DNA of 64,000 nucleotides from Akkermansia sp. (GTDB lineage Bacteria; Verrucomicrobiota; Verrucomicrobiia; Verrucomicrobiales; Akkermansiaceae): NCBI GenBank assembly GCA_045616565.1, contig JAZLHB010000144.1, positions 18,216 to 82,215 of the forward strand, read 5' to 3'. Shown piece by piece: positions 59,673 to 64,000 of this stretch (position 1 is its first letter; each line of letters starts with the position of its first letter). The notes under the pieces were generated by a model. It saw only the letters and a program-made list of their open reading frames with translations, ran no database searches and was not told where the DNA came from. The position numbers and the translations under genes were made by a program.

Positions 59673-62639
59673 ATGAACCACGCACCTCTCATCATCGCAA
59701 AGCGAACAATGATTCTCATGGCTGTGGCCGCCGCTTGCCCCTACGTGCAGGCGCAACCCACGGTTTCCATCCCCGCCCCGGATCAGCCGCAGGCAGCCGT
59801 TATGCCCGCGCAGAGCATCAATGCCGCGCGCCGCGGCGGCGCTGTTGATACCGGCTACGTTACAGACGGCTACATCACACCCTCCACTTCCGCCGGTGTG
59901 AGCGAGGTTGGCCCCTCCGCCGTGTACGTTGACACGCCCGTTGCCACGCAGCAGGCCATCAGCGCACAGGCTCCCGCCGCTGTGCAGGAAAGCATCAACT
60001 ATCGCGAATCCGCCCGCCGCCAGGCCCAGACGCAGGAAGCCCTGCTTCTGCTGGAGGAAGGCCGTACCGCCTACCGCGACAAGAAGTATGCTCTCTCCCT
60101 GGAGAAGTACCAGGAGGCGTGGAAGAGAATCCCCAAGGCTCCTGCAACCGCCAAGTGGCAGGACTTCATCATCAAGAGCATCGGTGATGCCTCTATCGCC
60201 GTTGCCATCGAATACTCCCGCGTGGGCCGCTACGATGATGCCGAGCAGCTTCTGCTCGACGTGCTGGTGCGTGACCCCAACAACAAGCGCGCCCGCCAGG
60301 AGCTTTCCCTTCTCCGCGACCCGATTCGCAACAACCCCGCCCTTACCCCCGAGCACGTGAAGAACGTGGACGAGGTGAACCGCCTGCTCACTCTCGCATA
60401 CGGCTACTACGGCCTGGGCGACTTTGACAAGGCATACGCCGAGTTCGCCCGCGTGCTGCGCATCGACAAGTACAACATTGCTGCCCGCCGCGGCCAGGAG
60501 GCTGTGAGCAAGCGCAAGATGAAGTACTACGCCAGCGCCCACGACGCCGTGCGCGCCAAGGCCCTGGAAGAGGTGGACTCCACCTGGGATTCCCTGAATG
60601 CCGACACCGATGCCCCGGCTGACCTGTCCTACGGCAACACTGGCGGCGGCACCGTCATCTCCCCGGATGTGCTCCGCAACACGGAAGCCCTGAACGGCAT
60701 GCACATCGCCTCCGTCAACTTCGAGGACACCCCCATGGAGGATGCTCTCGACTTCCTGCGCGCCGAGGCCCGCAAGCAGGGTGTGCGTTTGAACTTCATC
60801 TTTGAGAAGGCCCAGCAGTCCGCTGCTCCCGCGGCAGCCCAGGCTTCCACCTCCTCCGCTGATGAAGACTCCGAGGACGAGGAGGACAGCGAGGATGAGG
60901 AGGAGGAAAGCTCCGCCGGTCCCGTGGCCGTGGCTGCCCCGATTGCCCCTGCGGTGATTTCCTCCCTCAAGATGAGCGACCTTTCCGCAGCCGAGCTGCT
61001 GCGCCGCATGTGCTCCCAGGCCAACTGCGACATGCGGGTGGAAGACAGCGCCGTGGTGGTGTACCAGAAGGGTGCCGCCTCCCAGCGCATGAGCCGCCGC
61101 CAGTGGCAGGTGCGCTCCGCCTTCTTCCAGTCCAGCGGTGATGAAGAGGAGGACAGCGGGGATGATGATTTCACCTCCGACAGCGGCCACAAGTCCGCCA
61201 AGATCGACCCCAAGGCCGCCCTCATCAACATGGGCGTGAACTTCCCGCAGGGCTCTTCCGCCAAGTACTCCCCCGCCACGGGCATGCTCACCGTCTACAA
61301 CACGGAGGATGAGCTCGACACCGTGGAGGAGGCCGTGAACACCTACCGCCAAAACATGCCCAAGATGGTCAAGGTGAGCGCCAAGTTCGTGGAAATCGCC
61401 CAGACCAACGAAGAGGAGCTCAGCTTCGACTGGGTGGTCAATCCCTTCTCCGTCAACAACTCCGGCAGCACCTATGTCGGTGGCGTGAACGGCACCAACT
61501 CCAACCCGCTGCGCACGGTGTCAGACTTCGTCTCCTCCGGCGGCTCCGCTTTCGCCAACAACTACAACGGCGAGGGTTCCTGGCCCATCAACCGCCATGT
61601 GGCAGGTGGCAACTCCATCCTGAAGGACGGCATCAACACCAAAACGCTGGGCGACGGCCTGGTGACCGGCGGTAACCGTTCGGGCACAGGCGCTGTCACG
61701 GCCAACACGCTGGACAACCTGATCAAGGCCGGTTCTGCGGGCGAGTCTCAGACCACCAGCGCGGCTCCCGGCATCCTGTCCCTCTCCGGCATCTTTGATT
61801 CCGGCTCCTACCAGATGATCATGCGCGGCCTCTCCCAGAAGAAGGGCGTGGATGTGATGTCTGCCCCGAGCTTGGTCATCAGCGGTGACGAGCCGATGGA
61901 GTTCGCCCCCGCCCCGGATGAGCGCATGCAGGCCCAGGATGATGAGGAAGGCTGCGCCAAGATTGAGGTGGTTCGCCGCTTCGTCTATCCCATCTCCTAC
62001 GAGGCACCGCAGATTCAGAGCGGCGGCAACAACAACAACGGTAACAACAACGGTAACAACGGCAACTGGGGTGGCGGCGGCATGCCCGTGGCGGCTCCCG
62101 CCAACCCGGATGACTGGGCCGTGGAAGACGTCGGTATCATGATGCGCTTCCAGATTGACGCGCTCAAGGAGGGTGAGGGTGATATCATTCACTTCAAGCG
62201 TTTCGAGATCCGCGTGGTCGAGTTCGAGGGCTTCGTGAACTACGGCTCCCCGATTACCGCCGGTATCACCAATGAAACGGAAATCGAGCATATCGTGCTG
62301 ACCGAGAACCGCATCGACATGCCGGTGTTCAGCCGCCGCTACATCAACTCCAACCCCTGCGTGTACGATGGTCACACCATCGCCATCGGTGGTTTGATTC
62401 AGGATGAGGTGCAGAAGGTGGAAGACAAGGTGCCCGTGTTCGGCGACCTGCCCTTCATCGGCCGTCTCTTCCGCAGCAACGTGGAATCCCACATCCGCAA
62501 GAACCTCATGGTCTTCGTGACGGCTGAGATCCTTGACCCGCTGGGCAAGCCGATCCGCCACCGCGATGCCGGCAGCTCGGATGCCACCCCCGCCACAACC
62601 CCGGGCCTCTTCCCGGATGACGGTTTGGTGAATCCCTGA
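59673..62639 (+). CDS. secretin (type II/III secretion system / PilQ-like) with N-terminal TPR region
   Basis: Signal peptide, TPR-like repeats, acidic linker DEDSEDEEDSEDEEEE. Secretin core VKVSAKFVEIAQTNEEELSFDW ... VPVFGDLPFIGRLFRS...NLMVFVTAEIL. Confidence 0.85.
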   Translation: MNHAPLIIAKRTMILMAVAAACPYVQAQPTVSIPAPDQPQAAVMPAQSINAARRGGAVDTGYVTDGYITPSTSAGVSEVGPSAVYVDTPVATQQAISAQAPAAVQESINYRESARRQAQTQEALLLLEEGRTAYRDKKYALSLEKYQEAWKRIPKAPATAKWQDFIIKSIGDASIAVAIEYSRVGRYDDAEQLLLDVLVRDPNNKRARQELSLLRDPIRNNPALTPEHVKNVDEVNRLLTLAYGYYGLGDFDKAYAEFARVLRIDKYNIAARRGQEAVSKRKMKYYASAHDAVRAKALEEVDSTWDSLNADTDAPADLSYGNTGGGTVISPDVLRNTEALNGMHIASVNFEDTPMEDALDFLRAEARKQGVRLNFIFEKAQQSAAPAAAQASTSSADEDSEDEEDSEDEEEESSAGPVAVAAPIAPAVISSLKMSDLSAAELLRRMCSQANCDMRVEDSAVVVYQKGAASQRMSRRQWQVRSAFFQSSGDEEEDSGDDDFTSDSGHKSAKIDPKAALINMGVNFPQGSSAKYSPATGMLTVYNTEDELDTVEEAVNTYRQNMPKMVKVSAKFVEIAQTNEEELSFDWVVNPFSVNNSGSTYVGGVNGTNSNPLRTVSDFVSSGGSAFANNYNGEGSWPINRHVAGGNSILKDGINTKTLGDGLVTGGNRSGTGAVTANTLDNLIKAGSAGESQTTSAAPGILSLSGIFDSGSYQMIMRGLSQKKGVDVMSAPSLVISGDEPMEFAPAPDERMQAQDDEEGCAKIEVVRRFVYPISYEAPQIQSGGNNNNGNNNGNNGNWGGGGMPVAAPANPDDWAVEDVGIMMRFQIDALKEGEGDIIHFKRFEIRVVEFEGFVNYGSPITAGITNETEIEHIVLTENRIDMPVFSRRYINSNPCVYDGHTIAIGGLIQDEVQKVEDKVPVFGDLPFIGRLFRSNVESHIRKNLMVFVTAEILDPLGKPIRHRDAGSSDATPATTPGLFPDDGLVNP

Positions 62640-62669
62640 TTCGCCTGCACGGTTCAATAGGTAATTTGA

Positions 62670-62702
62670 CCCGCCCTGCTTTACGCAGGGCGGGGTTTTT
62701 TC
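62670..62702 (+). terminator. rho-independent terminator after secretin
   Basis: CCCGCCCTGC-TTTAC-GCAGGGCGGG followed by GTTTTTTT. Confidence 0.8.
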
Positions 62703-62735
62703 ACTGCTTCTCCCGGCAAAGTGCTTCTTCTTTGC

Positions 62736-62764
62736 TTGCCATGGCGTGCGCGCGGTGGTAGGAT
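62736..62764 (+). promoter_or_regulatory. promoter TTGCCA-N17-TAGGAT (TG-extended), 6 nt before ATG 62771
   Basis: Read directly. Confidence 0.55.
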
Positions 62765-62770
62765 GGGGGC

Positions 62771-64000
62771 ATGAGCAAGATTGATGATCTCTTTGCGTTT
62801 TTGAGTATACCGAGCGTGTCCGCCGTGGCGGAGTACGCCAAGGATGTGGAGCGTTGCGCGGATTTCCTGGTGCAGAAACTGACTTCCATCGGCTTTGATG
62901 CCAAGAAGCACATGACGGATATCCACCCGATTGTGGTGGCGCACAGCCCCAAGGTGGAGGGTGCCCCCACGGTGGTGATATACGGCCACTACGATGTGAT
63001 GCCGGTGGACCCGATTGCCGAGTGGAAGAGCGATCCCTTCATGCCGGAGATTCGCGAGGGCCGTGTGTACGCGCGTGGTGCATCCGATGACAAGGGCGAA
63101 ATCATGGCCCACATCCTGGGCGCAGAGGAAGTCATCAAGGAGGACGGCAAGCTGCCGCTCAACGTGATTTACCTGCTGGAGGGCGAGGAGGAGCGCGGCA
63201 GCGAGAGCCTGTTCAAGTTCATCCGCACGCCTGAGGCGCAGAAGGAGCTTGCCTGTGATGTGATTGTGGTGAGCGACACAGGCATGGCCGCGCCGGACAT
63301 CCCCTCCTTTTCCTACGGGCTGAAGGGCCTTTGCTGCTTTGAGCTGGAGGTTTCCGCCCCCGCCATGGACCTGCACTCCGGTATCTTTGGTGGCGCCGTG
63401 GCCAACCCCATCACCACGCTGTGCGAGATGATTGCCACCACGCACGACGAGAACAACCACGTGACCGTGGAGGGCTTCTACGACGGCGTGCGCGAGATTC
63501 AGGAATGGGAGCGCGAGAGCTGGCGCCGCGTGCCCGGCATGAGCGACCGCGAGCTTGCGGAGCTCACCGGCGTGCCGGAGCTGCGCACGGAGAAGGGCTT
63601 CACCGGTGCGGAGTGCGTGTACGCGCGCCCCACCTTTGAGCTGAACGGCATTTCCGGCGGCTACGAGGGTGAGGGCTCCAAGACCGTCATTCCCACGCAT
63701 GCATTCGCCAAGATGAGCTGCCGCCTGGTGCCCGGCCAGGACCCGGAGGAGGTGATGAACAAGGTGGAGGCGCACTTCAAGAAGGTGTGCCCGCCCAGCG
63801 TGCGCATGAAGTTCACCCGCCAGCACGCCGGAGATGCCTACCTGAGCGACCCGAACTCCGCGTTCGGCAAGGCCGCGCAGAAGGCGCAGGAGATGACGTT
63901 CGGCAATGCTCCCGTGCTGGTGCGCGAGGGCGGCTCCATCCCGATTATCGCGGAGGTTTCCAAGGTGCTCGGCAAGGATGCCCTTTTCCTGGGGCTCGAC
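62771..64000 (+). CDS. M20 family dipeptidase/acyl-amino-acid hydrolase, N-terminal 410 aa (runs off window)
   Basis: Absent from the track. My translation reads MSKIDDLFAFLSIPSVSAVAEYAKDVERCADFL...VVIYGHYDVMPVDP...ARGASDDKGEIMA...YLLEGEEERGSE. Confidence 0.8.
   Translation, partial: MSKIDDLFAFLSIPSVSAVAEYAKDVERCADFLVQKLTSIGFDAKKHMTDIHPIVVAHSPKVEGAPTVVIYGHYDVMPVDPIAEWKSDPFMPEIREGRVYARGASDDKGEIMAHILGAEEVIKEDGKLPLNVIYLLEGEEERGSESLFKFIRTPEAQKELACDVIVVSDTGMAAPDIPSFSYGLKGLCCFELEVSAPAMDLHSGIFGGAVANPITTLCEMIATTHDENNHVTVEGFYDGVREIQEWERESWRRVPGMSDRELAELTGVPELRTEKGFTGAECVYARPTFELNGISGGYEGEGSKTVIPTHAFAKMSCRLVPGQDPEEVMNKVEAHFKKVCPPSVRMKFTRQHAGDAYLSDPNSAFGKAAQKAQEMTFGNAPVLVREGGSIPIIAEVSKVLGKDALFLGLD

Noticed and set aside
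1-64000. Looked for defence systems (restriction-modification, toxin-antitoxin, CBASS, retrons, Cas), secondary-metabolite clusters and rRNA genes.
   Set aside because: No nuclease, methylase, cyclase, reverse-transcriptase or Cas-like motifs, no PKS/NRPS domains and no rRNA-like sequence were recognisable in any frame.

Overview
GC-rich bacterial chromosomal segment that reads like a Verrucomicrobial, Akkermansia-type genome. That assignment is an inference from three PEP-CTERM-tailed secreted proteins, two autotransporters, and a PilM/N-O-P-secretin cluster whose gene order and architectures match what I recall of the Amuc_1098-Amuc_1102 locus. No search was possible. I call about 58 protein-coding genes, 4 tRNAs, 3 copies of a repeat element, 3 pseudogene fragments, and a set of promoters and terminators read by eye. 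Housekeeping genes: gatC/gatA, coaX, acpP, ilvB, rpsO, hemL, rlmH, sufS, apbC, lysS, mazG, xerD, lgt and a class A PBP. Accessory content: an EPS export module (beta-barrel, Wzc-like kinase, Wza-like exporter), an NfeD-flotillin pair, a secreted ankyrin-repeat protein, an IdeS/Mac-like cysteine protease with a PEP-CTERM tail, and a type IV pilus-like module containing an Amuc_1100-like protein. The most interesting region is 37.6-45.1 kb. It holds three paralogous surface-protein genes: one autotransporter and two PEP-CTERM versions of the same passenger. They were built by tandem duplication next to a decayed phage-like replication module. Two of the three genes are preceded by about 136-bp segments bracketed by inverted repeats. 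Inverting either segment would assemble a sigma70-type promoter (TTGACC-N17-TATAAT in one case) facing the gene, so these are candidate phase-variation invertons captured in the OFF state. Other signals: a nested-palindromic MITE-like element family (one copy with a perfect 9-bp target-site duplication), an orphan promoter-terminator small-RNA unit, many near-consensus promoters only 6-9 nt from the ATG (implying leaderless mRNAs), and peptidoglycan cross-linking domains with degenerate catalytic motifs. All functional calls rest on motifs I recognised in the translations. tRNAs, repeats and promoters were hand-read and their ends may be off by a few nt.
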